The notes: generated from the letters alone by a model not told the origin. Positions 19,801 to 31,860 are shown, numbered from the stretch's first letter. The stretch: DNA of 64,000 bases from Synechococcales cyanobacterium VAR_4_metabat_354 (GCA_031414775.1 JANOQI010000036.1:73033-137032); one strand, 5' to 3'. Numbers and translations are program-made.

Positions 19801-20493
19801 CCCCGCAGTACTTCGGAGTTTAGTGCTAATACACCAATTACATTAGGTAATCCCAACTTATTATTAGTTAAACGGATTACCAAAATCAATAATTCTCAGT
19901 TGATTGGTAGCCAGTATGACTTATCTAAATATATTAATGACCCAAATGATTTCTATGATGACAATGTTTTAACATCACCAATGCCAGTGCAGGTTCCCAC
20001 CCTCCGACCGGACACGAATAAATGGCCAAATACACCCAATTCCACTAGTAGCACATTCTTGATTGGCGGTATTAATGGGGGCAGCGTTAAGCCCCAGGAT
20101 GAGATTGAATATACCATCTACTTTCTCTCCACTGGCGATAGCACAGCCACTAACGTCTTATTCTGCGATCGCGTTCCCAGTAATGTCACTTTTGTGCCGA
20201 CAGCTTTTAATACTTATACCCTTAAAGCCACAGGCGGCATCAACGACAGTCGTGGTATTGTCGCTCTCCTGAATGGCAATACCGAATCTTACACGAATGT
20301 TGCTGATGGAGATGCTGCTCGCTACTTTCCAGCAGGTAGCAATCCCCAAGACGTTTACCCTAAAGTGAATTGTAATGGAACCAATGACAATGGTGCCGTT
20401 GTAGTTAATTTAGGCAGTTTACCCCCGGCTACGACTCCCGGCAATCCCATTGATTCTTACGGATTTGTGCGTTTCCGGGGTCAGGTTAAGTAA
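16825..20493 (+). CDS. Large secreted protein: Cys-containing N-domain, SdrD-B-like domain, beta-helix, shared C-terminal domain
   Basis: Signal peptide ending PAVA; IAGTVFEDVNYGGGAGR; GQGSLRQFITNSN; LLLVKRITKIN..YGFVRFRGQVK. Confidence 0.85.
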   Translation: MKSMPPVPRYQQDQSHPVSDNYQAKEWQIASQITKLAIGLSVLGYSLPAVAGNCTTGGGTADLSTIPYISAEVSNSSTVSQNITNAQNNADILDDKWRTAILPQTSTSWASTNTGSISNNVLNLFTINGISVDVALVNVDSSGNCAGAVNSGTSSPELNNALTLQGGAPRPSSLPSTLASYWNENTGSTSNRNGVLFTFSQPVSAFGAWFGDLETRSGANGTPAILRLLDATGNRIGSDILITPSDISNNGGSFVALDQSTCSNIANGCGNNSTRWVGFVDSTARVKQALVIVGDQTTSASTGGNGEHLSFIGANLVSANIAGTVFEDVNYGGGAGRPLNTTATARRPGARVELYDGSGVFKAFTTTDSNGIYKFGYTNVTGGIVPGNYTVRVVNNTVTSSRTGSASTLLPVQTFRTNGLTTDNIGTADPNRVGGETPKLVDAGNGSATVSSLTTTTTTAQSITPITVGTAGAAGIDFGFNFDTIVNTNDAGQGSLRQFITNSNALKGEGSLIQVGQPAGYETSIFMIPNSVSNPGQNTGYTNQLTGGIAVINLSSGLSITDPKTRLDGSTQTTNIKATPGGAETNPGQIGTGGTVGTSTSLANSLAKFDRPEIEIKGKYTLTATGSYNEIKNIAFNASNISVSGSNSLVQDNLVGMSANGSVDAITAGVPSYGITAGAASNINIKHNYVRVNNSGIRRDNNGSNLIVEYNEVDVPSSGHAAPYDGILLINTGSNDTIRYNLVKNMGGAGAEIGFGSGTFTNTLIDNNTFKHNGYIGTNPSRETMGVVVYSAFNSQISLSNNVITESSGSGVVVLGSTGLSLTKNSIFQNGAIGNGAGLSIDLDPINRGPNTYDTANGVTPNTGTVSASLPNGGMNYPIFTKVQRVGNTLKLEGYIGNTPAGNSAFTGATIEIYKADNDSNQNGQVIAGDNLNKPHGEGRYWIGNLTAGTNGLFNFSLPIPASLTDGLTTTTLGATDEITAIATSSATASIAPRSTSEFSANTPITLGNPNLLLVKRITKINNSQLIGSQYDLSKYINDPNDFYDDNVLTSPMPVQVPTLRPDTNKWPNTPNSTSSTFLIGGINGGSVKPQDEIEYTIYFLSTGDSTATNVLFCDRVPSNVTFVPTAFNTYTLKATGGINDSRGIVALLNGNTESYTNVADGDAARYFPAGSNPQDVYPKVNCNGTNDNGAVVVNLGSLPPATTPGNPIDSYGFVRFRGQVK

Positions 20494-20496
20494 GTT

Positions 20497-21003
20497 TTAC
20501 AGTTTGGCTAAGTTCTGTCGATCGATCACAATATCCAACTCAGCATGATCACGACTAGTCAGATCGCGAGTTACCTCGCCTAAATACAACGGTTCCGATA
20601 CACCTGGCTGAGGATGAGCAATCGTCCGCAATCTCACATGCATTTTGCCATCAGCAGCTCCACCCCGCCCATAAGAATAGAGATCATTAGCAGCTTGGCG
20701 CAGTGTAGCCTCAGTTTGCTCGTAAGTCAGATGGGCATCAGCCACGGCAATTACCACCTGACTATTGCCGTTGTCATAAATAAGAGAGTATCGACTTGCT
20801 CCCGGCAAAGCCGATCGAGGGGCAAGACCTAGTCCCAGTCCAAATAGTCCTACGGTCAGCACTATCATAAAACCAGTGACTCCCACCAACCGAAAGCGAA
20901 ACCCCCATTTAGCAACTAGGCCAATAATCATAAGCAGAGCAATCGCGATCGTCGCAATAGCGCTGTACTTGCCATATTCTAGGATAGATTCAGGGGTAAA
21001 CAT
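20497..21003 (-). CDS. ycf51: Ycf51 family protein (DUF2518)
   Basis: WGFRFRLVGVTGFMIVLTVGLF, YDNG, TLRQAANDLYSYGR, HPQPGVSEPLYLG. Confidence 0.85.
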   Translation of the reverse strand: MFTPESILEYGKYSAIATIAIALLMIIGLVAKWGFRFRLVGVTGFMIVLTVGLFGLGLGLAPRSALPGASRYSLIYDNGNSQVVIAVADAHLTYEQTEATLRQAANDLYSYGRGGAADGKMHVRLRTIAHPQPGVSEPLYLGEVTRDLTSRDHAELDIVIDRQNLAKL

Positions 21004-21479
21004 TAGCCTTCAGCCTCATTACTGACAAAATCTGCGGTTGCTTCCTTGTTTGCGGACTGCAACGCCGCCCGTAAGGTATGCCAGCTCAGGTTAGCACACT
21101 TAATTCGCACTGGAAACTGCGCCACGCCTTTCAGAACATTCAGCTTGCGCAGGTCATGGGGAAATTCTACTTCACCGCGCATCATCCCTTGGAAATTTTT
21201 TACCATGCTTAATGCCTCGGCTACAGTTTTGCCGCGCAGTGCTCCGGCCATCAAATCCGCCGAGGAAATCGCGATCGCACAACCTTCACCCGTAAATTTG
21301 ACATCAACAATGTTGTCACCATCCAGTTGCAGCGTCAGTTCGATCATGTCCCCGCAGGAAGGATTATGACCTTTTTGATATCGATCGATCGGATTAGTAG
21401 TGCCTTTGTGCTTAGGCTTTTTATAATGCTCCAGAATTACTTGCTGGTAAAGATCGCGGACGTTACCTAGATTAGTCAT
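21003..21479 (-). CDS. sufU: Fe-S cluster assembly sulfur-transfer protein SufU
   Basis: DLYQQVILEHY, NPSCGD, GEGCAI, FPVRIKCANLSW; true start ATG 21479. Confidence 0.9.
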   Translation of the reverse strand: MTNLGNVRDLYQQVILEHYKKPKHKGTTNPIDRYQKGHNPSCGDMIELTLQLDGDNIVDVKFTGEGCAIAISSADLMAGALRGKTVAEALSMVKNFQGMMRGEVEFPHDLRKLNVLKGVAQFPVRIKCANLSWHTLRAALQSANKEATADFVSNEAEG

Positions 21480-21683
21480 GGTGCCAAGGATAGAGCTTTG
21501 CTTTAATTTAGCATTGATGGGGAAAGGGGGTTTTCCGCACTGGCCGCAAAACTTTAATTCCGTGGATTTACTGAGTAATAAAGTTGGTGGTTTTGGGAAG
21601 ATCCGTAGATCAACCCTGTTGCTGCTGGGGCTATTTGGCGAAGATGTAAATGTTCGATAAACATCGCATCCGCTTCCCACCCA

Positions 21684-22484
21684 ATGGCCACCCCCAACAC
21701 TGCTGCTAATCCTTCGGAAAATCGTACTACTGCATCAATGTCTTTGTTGACGGCCTATCACGCCAAACCGAGCGTTGCCGTTCGCAACAAATTAGTCTTA
21801 CTCAATGCTGGTTTGGTGAGACAAGTGGCCCATCGTTTGAGCCGCCAGTGTGTGGAAACTTATCAAGATTTAGAACAAATTGGCTATCTTGGTCTAATCC
21901 GGGCGATCGAACGCTTCAATCCTTATCAAGGCTGTGCCTTTAGCTCTTTTGCCGTCCCCTACATTCGCGGCGAAATTCTCCATTTTCTGCGCGATCGAAG
22001 CAGTGTGGTGAAGATTCCTCGCCGTTGGCAAGAACTAAAAAGAGAAGGCGAAAAGATGCGGCAGCATCTCACCTTAATTCTCGATCGGAAGCCCACCGAT
22101 GCCGAAATTGCGGATGCGCTGCAAATTACCATTCAAGAATGGGGCGAAACCCAATCAGCTGATCACAATCGCCAAACTTTAAGCCTTGATGCTACCGTCA
22201 GTCACCTAATGGATTGCCCAGTGACTTTAGGTGATAGTCTGCCTGACACCCGTGAACAACAGCGTCAATACGTAGACGAGGAGTGTCAGCAGCTAGCAGG
22301 TATGATTAATCAATTAGAGATCAAAACGCAACAAGCGATCGAATACGTCTATATCAAGGGAATGCCTCGCAAAGAAGCTGCTAAAAAGATTGGGGTCAGC
22401 CCCATGACAGTGACTCGTCATCTGCAAAGAGGAGTAAAGCAGCTATCTTCAATGATGCATGTAGAAGATAGTTTGGCTATGTAG
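21684..22484 (+). CDS. sigF: RNA polymerase sigma factor SigF
   Basis: RNKLVLLNAGLVR, DLEQIGYLGLIRAIERF, FSSFAVPYIRGEILHFLRD, GVSPMTVTR. Confidence 0.9.
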   Translation: MATPNTAANPSENRTTASMSLLTAYHAKPSVAVRNKLVLLNAGLVRQVAHRLSRQCVETYQDLEQIGYLGLIRAIERFNPYQGCAFSSFAVPYIRGEILHFLRDRSSVVKIPRRWQELKREGEKMRQHLTLILDRKPTDAEIADALQITIQEWGETQSADHNRQTLSLDATVSHLMDCPVTLGDSLPDTREQQRQYVDEECQQLAGMINQLEIKTQQAIEYVYIKGMPRKEAAKKIGVSPMTVTRHLQRGVKQLSSMMHVEDSLAM

Positions 22485-23040
22485 TGAATTTGTCGTTACC
22501 ACTGCCCAATAGTTCGGAGACAAATTGGTGAAAAAGGGGCGTATAAAAATACAAAAAAACAGTAAAAACTATTTTTACTTCCAAGCAACATGAGCCGATA
22601 AAGCCTCCATCAATACGGTTTTCATAAAAGTGAGACTTCCACAAGAATACAGCTGTACAACCGGCTAAAATTATAATATTCAACAAGACTACAATAATTC
22701 AATTTAGACTAAGTTTCAGCCAATTCACGCATCACGCTATCTGTTAGATAAGAAAAATTGATCGAGTCCAATATATTCTATAAAAATAATTTTACTCTAC
22801 GGACTCATTTAGTACACGTTTAAACTCCGATAAATCGGCGATTGCTTGTGAACTTCAGTATTTAAGGACACAGAAAATGAAATTCAGATTGTCCATCATT
22901 CATACGAATTAAGTAGAGATCTCGATCATCCATGATCTCAAAACTGCATGATTCACTTCAGAAAAAACCACAAACTATCATCTAAGCTGGGTTGCATCTA
23001 AATGTTAATGTCCACAAGTTCACCAGCAATGTAAAGATGA

Positions 23041-25380
<2,340 letters not shown>

Positions 25381-25600
25381 CGGAGTTGGTTACTTCGACA
25401 CTACGGCAGCACAGCTAATAAAAAGAGGAAGCCAGGATTGATCGATCAAATCTGGCAACGCTGTGGTGTAATTGGCTTGGGTATAGTATCGCCTTTACTA
25501 ACTGAATCCCAATTGGTGCAGCATTAAGACTAATGCTAGGTGTCCCAGCTGGTCATCTATAGAAGAGGTGAGCACCAACAAAACCAATACTCCCAAATAT

Positions 25601-27517
25601 CTATGGATTTAATTTAGGTGGGGTAAAAGACTCACCAAAGCGCAAAAACACCCCAAACACATTTTCGCGAGCAGTTTGAGCACCAACGCTATTTTCCACC
25701 CGCTTCCAGTCCAGAATTAGACTGGGACTATTAGGGTCAGAACCAACTTTAAATGAAGCATTGGCTCCATAAGGAGATCTTGATTGATTATCATTCACAG
25801 GAGTGTAGTAGGCCGAGACAGCTAAATTGTTCTGAATACGCCAAGCAAAACTAGTCGAAAGCAGACTCTGAATCGAGTCTGGAAAACTATTTGGAACATA
25901 ATAAGTCGTGTTGAACGAAACATCACCTAAATTCAAGGTTCCACCAGTATTGATATAGCTTGCTCCAGGTTTAAAAACCTGGTTATCAACGATACTACTA
26001 CCATCGAAAGCATAGTTAGCACCAGCCGACAAGGTGAAATTATAAGCTGGATTACTGTTCATATTAATTCTTTGGCTAACATTGGCTGAAGCCCGACTAT
26101 AGGTATCAGGATCGGAGTTAGTATAGCCAATCAGACTGGCATTATAGCTTAGCCCACTACTGCTAGCAGTACTAAAGTCGATACCACCATAAGCTTTAGA
26201 TTGCAGAGCATTGTTCGTACCACCCAGCGGGGTGAGACCGGTATTAAACATCGCGCCAGTATAGTATCTAAAGATGGAATCTGCTGTAGTGGTATTCCCC
26301 GTAAAACTGATATGAGGGTAATAATCAGTTCTCTCCCGTAACCGAAGGACGGACGGATCTGGATCAGTACCATTAGTTGCAGTAGCACTCCGTTCAGTCA
26401 TGGGGGAAAGACCAACCCAGAAAGCATTGTAGTTAGCTGGGGGAGAGATAGATTTGGTATCGCTGGGATTGAGAGCATATCCCCAGCCGGCACTATAGGC
26501 CGTAAAACTATTCTCTGGCACCCGCAAATTGTTAGCAGCTTGGATTAAATTACCATTGGTAATAAATGGCTTATCGGGCTTACCAGGACTGAGGGACGGC
26601 TCAGCATTGGGCAAAATCTCTGTTAACACCTGAAAACCGCTATTCACCAGCGCATTTCGATCACTGAAAGCATAACTTAAGCCTCGCACTGTGCGACCAA
26701 TCCCAGATTGATCAACATTGCTCACTAGAACTTGACGCACACGACCAAGACTGAGAGAAGGAGAAAATACTTGATCTTCACGCACACTCGCTTGGGTCGC
26801 ACCCAAAGTGTAAGTACTGTTTCGATCTTGACGCACCGTCTTGGCTTGCACATAAGTATTGTTGTACTCAGTGCGATAGACCCGATCCTTAGAAATACTT
26901 TCTTCGATATAAGGAGAAAAAAGCTTGGTGGCATTCAGACCAATCGTAGTATCCCGACTATCCCCAAATCTTACGCCGGTAGTTAGATCGTAGTTGAATA
27001 AATGGTTGGTGATTATTTCATTAATCGGAATCTGAGTATTGAAAGTGCCAACTTGATTGGGTTGCAGAGCACGTGGCGCTGTCAAATAGCGAGGATCCGT
27101 TGAAACAGTAGGAGCCTGAACGGGGTTGTTCAAGGGTGGAGCAGCAGGAGCAAATTTGGAGTCTTGATCTACTGCTGACGGTGGAGGAAGTATAGAAGGC
27201 TGAGGCTCAATTGGTTCATTCTGAACCCCTGGTGGAGTGTCAGGAAGAGGGGCAGGCTCAACTTCTTTATCACTCTGAGCCAGAGCCGTTTCCCCAGTCA
27301 AATCTTTTTGATCTCCTTGGATCAGAGCTTCGTCCAAACTTAATTCTGGAGCAGGTAGCTTGCTAGGCAAGACACTTACCTGAGTAGAAATTTGAGCTTC
27401 TTCGTAATCAATGCTCGTGTTTTGGAAAGATGAGCCATTGAATGCGTCACGCGCTGTGGCACAGCCAGCAGAAAGAAGAAGACTGCTCGGCACCAGTAGG
27501 TAAAAAAAATTCTTCAT
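25601..27517 (-). CDS. Hypothetical lipoprotein / outer-membrane beta-rich protein
   Basis: Lipobox-like LLLSAGC, Pro-rich linker, amphipathic beta-strand-rich C-terminal half. Confidence 0.65.
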   Translation of the reverse strand: MKNFFYLLVPSSLLLSAGCATARDAFNGSSFQNTSIDYEEAQISTQVSVLPSKLPAPELSLDEALIQGDQKDLTGETALAQSDKEVEPAPLPDTPPGVQNEPIEPQPSILPPPSAVDQDSKFAPAAPPLNNPVQAPTVSTDPRYLTAPRALQPNQVGTFNTQIPINEIITNHLFNYDLTTGVRFGDSRDTTIGLNATKLFSPYIEESISKDRVYRTEYNNTYVQAKTVRQDRNSTYTLGATQASVREDQVFSPSLSLGRVRQVLVSNVDQSGIGRTVRGLSYAFSDRNALVNSGFQVLTEILPNAEPSLSPGKPDKPFITNGNLIQAANNLRVPENSFTAYSAGWGYALNPSDTKSISPPANYNAFWVGLSPMTERSATATNGTDPDPSVLRLRERTDYYPHISFTGNTTTADSIFRYYTGAMFNTGLTPLGGTNNALQSKAYGGIDFSTASSSGLSYNASLIGYTNSDPDTYSRASANVSQRINMNSNPAYNFTLSAGANYAFDGSSIVDNQVFKPGASYINTGGTLNLGDVSFNTTYYVPNSFPDSIQSLLSTSFAWRIQNNLAVSAYYTPVNDNQSRSPYGANASFKVGSDPNSPSLILDWKRVENSVGAQTARENVFGVFLRFGESFTPPKLNP

Positions 27518-27839
27518 GTGTAAAAAATAATCTTAAATAAAGTTAGATTAATTTATTCTTCGTCAATACTACCAGTGTAATTCAAGCGCAGTAGCAGTAA
27601 GCAAGTCAAATATCTCTTGCAAAACTTATCCCGAGCAAAAACTATTAGTGAGAGCTGAAAAGAAAGGTCTAGTATTAATACAATACCGATGGGCAGAATA
27701 CCGAAACCTTAGTTATATTCACAATTTCCTACATGGTAGTATAAAGTTGTCTCTCCAGCAAAATCATTGATCACTCTCAAGTATGATGGCTTAGTCATGC
27801 TCCCCCAAAAAGCGCAACAGGACAAAAACATGATTGAAA

Positions 27840-28562
27840 CTACCAATCGGCAGCTTCCGTTTGCGTAATCTCCGCCCCTAGTTCGTCCCAATTCACAGCA
27901 GATTGATCCCAAATTAGTTGACCAGCAGATAGATACAACACCCGACCAGTAAAAATTTCAACTCGTTTACTGGTGGTTATCACCGCCAAACCTTGCTCCA
28001 GAGCGATCGATCGAACTCGCTCCACCCACATCTCATCCAAATATTTGGTTGGTTCGTCCCACAATAATACTTGCGGCTGAAGGATTAAACTCCGCGCCAA
28101 AGACACCAGCTGACACTGATCGATCGATAGCTGCGACTCTCGCCAGGGCAACCAACTCTCCGGAATCTGGATCTGCTCCAATACTTTCGCAAGTCGTTGT
28201 TTCACTTCCGGTGCTGACACATTTTGGAGCTGTAATGGATACAGTAAAGCAGCTTCCACCGTCATCCCGAACAAATGCGGTACGGCACCCACTAAGGCAA
28301 CTTGCCGTCGCAGCTGCGGCAGCGGCACCAGCCGATAATCTCGATCTGCCACATAAACATTGCCGCCACTGGGTTCAGTCAATCGGTTGAGGAGCCGCAA
28401 CAACAGCGTCTTCCCAACGCCACTAGCACCTGTCACAATGACCATCTCTCCTGCCGCCACCTCAAAAGTCAGGGGTTGCAAAATCGACTGGTAAGGCAAG
28501 ACATAAGATAAATTTTTGACGCGCAGCAAACTAGCCAATGCTGATTTTACCTTGGAAAACAA
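27840..28562 (-). CDS. ABC transporter ATP-binding protein (degenerate signature)
   Basis: Walker A GASGVGKT, Walker B VLLWDEPT, signature LSIDQ; start may be TTG 28529. Confidence 0.8.
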   Translation of the reverse strand: MFSKVKSALASLLRVKNLSYVLPYQSILQPLTFEVAAGEMVIVTGASGVGKTLLLRLLNRLTEPSGGNVYVADRDYRLVPLPQLRRQVALVGAVPHLFGMTVEAALLYPLQLQNVSAPEVKQRLAKVLEQIQIPESWLPWRESQLSIDQCQLVSLARSLILQPQVLLWDEPTKYLDEMWVERVRSIALEQGLAVITTSKRVEIFTGRVLYLSAGQLIWDQSAVNWDELGAEITQTEAADW

Positions 28563-29379
28563 CTGTCGCTGGCCCAGTCATGTAAACATGATTATTGGCA
28601 GCTGACCATTCAATTTGCAAACAGCCCCCTGGCAGCTCCACCGTACAAACTCGATCATTTTGGCCAGTCAAAACACCAGCGACCACCGTCGAACAAGCCC
28701 CAGTACCACAAGCCAAAGTAATACCAGCACCTCTTTCCCAGACCCGCATCTTCACATAGTCCGAACGCACTATCTCGACAAACTCAGTATTGGTGCGCTG
28801 GGGAAAAGCGAGATGGTGCTCAAACTGCGGTCCAATGTCAGACAAAGGCACAGCGGCCACATTATCTACATAGGTCATGCAGTGAGGATTGCCCATACTC
28901 ACACAGGTCACTAGATAATCTTGACCAGCCACCGCCAAAGTCTGGTTGACCACCTGTCCGTCTTTCTCACCCAAGGTGGTCGGAATTTCCGCCGCCCGCA
29001 AACGTGGCTTGCCCATATCCACCCGCACCTGACCATCAGCCAGAACTTCAGGAACAATCACACCCGCTAAGGTATGAATCTTGTAAGTCACACCCTGATG
29101 GTCTTTACCTTCTAGATCAGCAATAAATCTACCCAAGCAGCGAATACCATTGCCGCACATCTCCGGCTCCGAACCATCAGAATTAAAAATTCGCATGGTG
29201 TAATCATTGCCCTCCTGGCCGGGCAAAGTAAAGATCACCCCATCAGCACCAATCCCAAAATGTCGATCGCACAACTTCACGGCTTGATCAGGAGTCAGGC
29301 AAGGGGTGGCCTGATGCCGATTGTCCACTAGAATGAAGTCATTACCCAAACCTTGATACTTGGTAAATTCGATCGGCAT
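28531..29379 (-). CDS. dapF: Diaminopimelate epimerase
   Basis: [41 protein letters not shown]. Confidence 0.97.
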   Translation of the reverse strand: MPIEFTKYQGLGNDFILVDNRHQATPCLTPDQAVKLCDRHFGIGADGVIFTLPGQEGNDYTMRIFNSDGSEPEMCGNGIRCLGRFIADLEGKDHQGVTYKIHTLAGVIVPEVLADGQVRVDMGKPRLRAAEIPTTLGEKDGQVVNQTLAVAGQDYLVTCVSMGNPHCMTYVDNVAAVPLSDIGPQFEHHLAFPQRTNTEFVEIVRSDYVKMRVWERGAGITLACGTGACSTVVAGVLTGQNDRVCTVELPGGCLQIEWSAANNHVYMTGPATVVFQGKISIG

Positions 29380-29420
29380 AAGTAATTAATCCGTAATTCA
29401 ACTCGTTCTAAATTTTAACC

Positions 29421-29630
29421 ATGCCCGAACTCGATATCAACCAACCCAGCACCCGCCAAATCCAGCAACTAATTAAAGAAAAATCTAAATTAGAACTAAA
29501 GCTAGTAACCGGCGACATCCTCAGTGGAGAACTATTTTGGCAAGATGCCGATTACTTCTGTTTAACGGATAACGACAGCAACAAAGTGATCATTAGCAAG
29601 CTAGCAGTAGCTTATCTCAAGCCTCTTTAA
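29421..29630 (+). CDS. hfq: Cyanobacterial RNA chaperone Hfq
   Basis: PSTRQIQ..LKLVTGD..G.L.WQD..AVAYLKP Sm fold; divergent from dapF. Confidence 0.88.
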   Translation: MPELDINQPSTRQIQQLIKEKSKLELKLVTGDILSGELFWQDADYFCLTDNDSNKVIISKLAVAYLKPL

Positions 29631-29652
29631 AGCTTAAATAAGCTTAACAAAG

Positions 29653-30384
29653 TCAAGCTTTGACGTAATTAACAATTCGCGCAAACCCAGCAGCATCAAG
29701 ACTAGCTCCCCCGACTAGCGCACCATCAATCTCTGGCTGCGCCATAATTCCATCAATATTATCCGGCTTCACGGATCCCCCATACTGAATGGTGACATTA
29801 GGATTGCTGAGTTGAGAACGAATCACACCAATCACCCGATTGGCTTCGATCGCCGCACAGGTATCACCAGTACCAATCGCCCAAATTGGCTCGTAGGCAA
29901 TTACCAAATTTTGCTGATCTACACCGACCAAACCAGCTCTAAGCTGCTGACTAATCACTTGCTCAGTGGTACCAGCATCACGCTGTTCCTTGGTTTCACC
30001 TACACACAAGATGGGAATCAAGCCACTTTCTTGAGATTTTTTTAGACGCTTATTAACAGTTTCATCAGTTTCACCAAAATACTGTCGTCGCTCACTGTGA
30101 CCAACCACCACGTAGCGCACACCAATCTCCATGAGCATGGCTGCCGAAATTTCACCGGTATAAGCACCATTATCTTCCCAATGAACATTTTGGGCACCTA
30201 AGCGCACCAAGTTACCATGGAGAGTCTTGCTAACAACAGTCAAGTCAGTAAAAGGTACACACAGCACGACCTCCCGTTCAGTAGGAGTTTCTTCAGTCAG
30301 TGGCAAAAATTTCATCAAGAACTCAGTGGCCTCAGCCTGAGTCTTAAACATTTTCCAGTTGCCAGCAATGATAACTTTACGCAC
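29653..30384 (-). CDS. tpiA: Triosephosphate isomerase
   Basis: [40 protein letters not shown] start preferred. Confidence 0.97.
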   Translation of the reverse strand: MRKVIIAGNWKMFKTQAEATEFLMKFLPLTEETPTEREVVLCVPFTDLTVVSKTLHGNLVRLGAQNVHWEDNGAYTGEISAAMLMEIGVRYVVVGHSERRQYFGETDETVNKRLKKSQESGLIPILCVGETKEQRDAGTTEQVISQQLRAGLVGVDQQNLVIAYEPIWAIGTGDTCAAIEANRVIGVIRSQLSNPNVTIQYGGSVKPDNIDGIMAQPEIDGALVGGASLDAAGFARIVNYVKA

Positions 30385-30430
30385 GTTCAATCCCTATAGG
30401 TTCGCACTACATTTTACTGCGAATGCGTCC

Positions 30431-31525
30431 TTATACCTTAGGTTGATTGGCAACGGTTTCCACATCGGTAACCTGCATGATGGTCTCCACCACCCAGCGC
30501 GGACATCCCCGATTAGTTGTAATAGTTTTCTCACTAATTCTATTGCCACCATCGTCATTGATAATTTCTGTTTTAGTGATCGTCTCGCCGTGCTCTAGAT
30601 AATTTTCGAGGATGCCCATCACCGAAACTTGCAGATCCAAAATTTGCTGATGCAGCTCTTCAGAAAGCTGAGGAACAAACTGCCCACTAAACACTTGCTC
30701 AAATAGAGCCAGTGCTTCAACATCCATCTTCAGGTCGCCAACCATCCCTGATTTCTTGTTGCCATCTGGCTCTACACCAAGTTTAGAAATCAACTTATCA
30801 ATCAAATCATTTTCACCGAATTTAGCAACTGGCGGCTGAGTATTAGAATCATGGCGATCTCTATCTCTAGTCCCATCCTCGGTAGGTTCTATCAACCGAT
30901 AAATCCAAGCTACTTGCAAGCCAATCGGCAATTTCACTGTTCCCGCTACTGCTCGAAAAGAAACGTATTCGTTCTGAGTAGTAATTTCTTGTACCCGATA
31001 CCACTTAGATTTATGGAGAAATAATAAATCCAACTTTAGATCTTGTTCATAGTGGATAAAATTATCTTGCCAAAAGGAATGTATTTCTTGACTGTCCGTA
31101 TACCTTAGCTGGTAACCAGAGGGGATTTGATATTTTTGGTAGCGGAAGAAACCACGATGACTAGGATTATTATCGATCGGAACAAAGTTATAGGGAAGAA
31201 CAATATTGTGAATAAAGTCCCAATAAGCAGAATCTTGCTTAATCAAGATATAGTGCAGCTTATCGGAAATTTTATTAATGGCAACCAGCTCACCTTCTGG
31301 AGTAGAAAGTTGCAAAGAGTTATGAGCATAAGTAATGATCAAATTATGGTTACGGATTTGGCGTTTTTTGCCCCGAGCAAATCGGCTAACCATAGTGGCA
31401 TCATCAACAGTCGAAAAAAGGCTCTCCGCATAGTTGGGAGGACTATCAGAATTATTAATATTTCCCAGACCCAATTCATCAATTGTGTCCAAACTGTAAT
31501 CCGGTTGGTAATTAGATTCAGTCAT
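30431..31525 (-). CDS. Hypothetical protein, paralog of 34179..35060
   Basis: 364 aa ORF; shared YxxYxxPxGY..YT and KxKWYxVQ motifs. Confidence 0.75.
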   Translation of the reverse strand: MTESNYQPDYSLDTIDELGLGNINNSDSPPNYAESLFSTVDDATMVSRFARGKKRQIRNHNLIITYAHNSLQLSTPEGELVAINKISDKLHYILIKQDSAYWDFIHNIVLPYNFVPIDNNPSHRGFFRYQKYQIPSGYQLRYTDSQEIHSFWQDNFIHYEQDLKLDLLFLHKSKWYRVQEITTQNEYVSFRAVAGTVKLPIGLQVAWIYRLIEPTEDGTRDRDRHDSNTQPPVAKFGENDLIDKLISKLGVEPDGNKKSGMVGDLKMDVEALALFEQVFSGQFVPQLSEELHQQILDLQVSVMGILENYLEHGETITKTEIINDDGGNRISEKTITTNRGCPRWVVETIMQVTDVETVANQPKV

Positions 31526-31860
31526 TATGAATAAAACTAGCTATATCTTAAAGGACCAATATATAAAACAGTAGAAACCAACTAGATGTTTTAATCAACT
31601 AGTTTTTTGTAAATCTTCCAGAAGAAGTTGCACCATTTATTATGACATATCTGCTCAAGTATCATCTTGAGCGATCTCTTTTAGAGAATGTCTGACAAAT
31701 GTGACTAACTACTGGTGAACAAGGATTTCAGAGCTTATCTTGCGAAAGAAGAACGAGCCTTTCAGCCGTTTGGCTTGAGTTTTTGGACATTCTCATCAAG
31801 GAATGCTCTCCACCTAAATAAAGATTACCCAACATAATTGGAAGAATTGCTAGTTGTAAT

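Noticed and set aside
6600..20493. Shared C-terminal domain as an autotransporter barrel, T9SS or PEP-CTERM sorting signal, or DGR variable region
   Set aside because: It has the DUF11 K/YTIY/D pattern, no TM helix or basic tail, and no terminal Phe; copies differ at all base types, with no non-coding template repeat or nearby RT.
21480..21680. 67-aa N-terminal extension of SufU, including CGQC
   Set aside because: Homology starts at MTNLGNVRDLY; the extension covers the divergent sufU/sigF promoter region.
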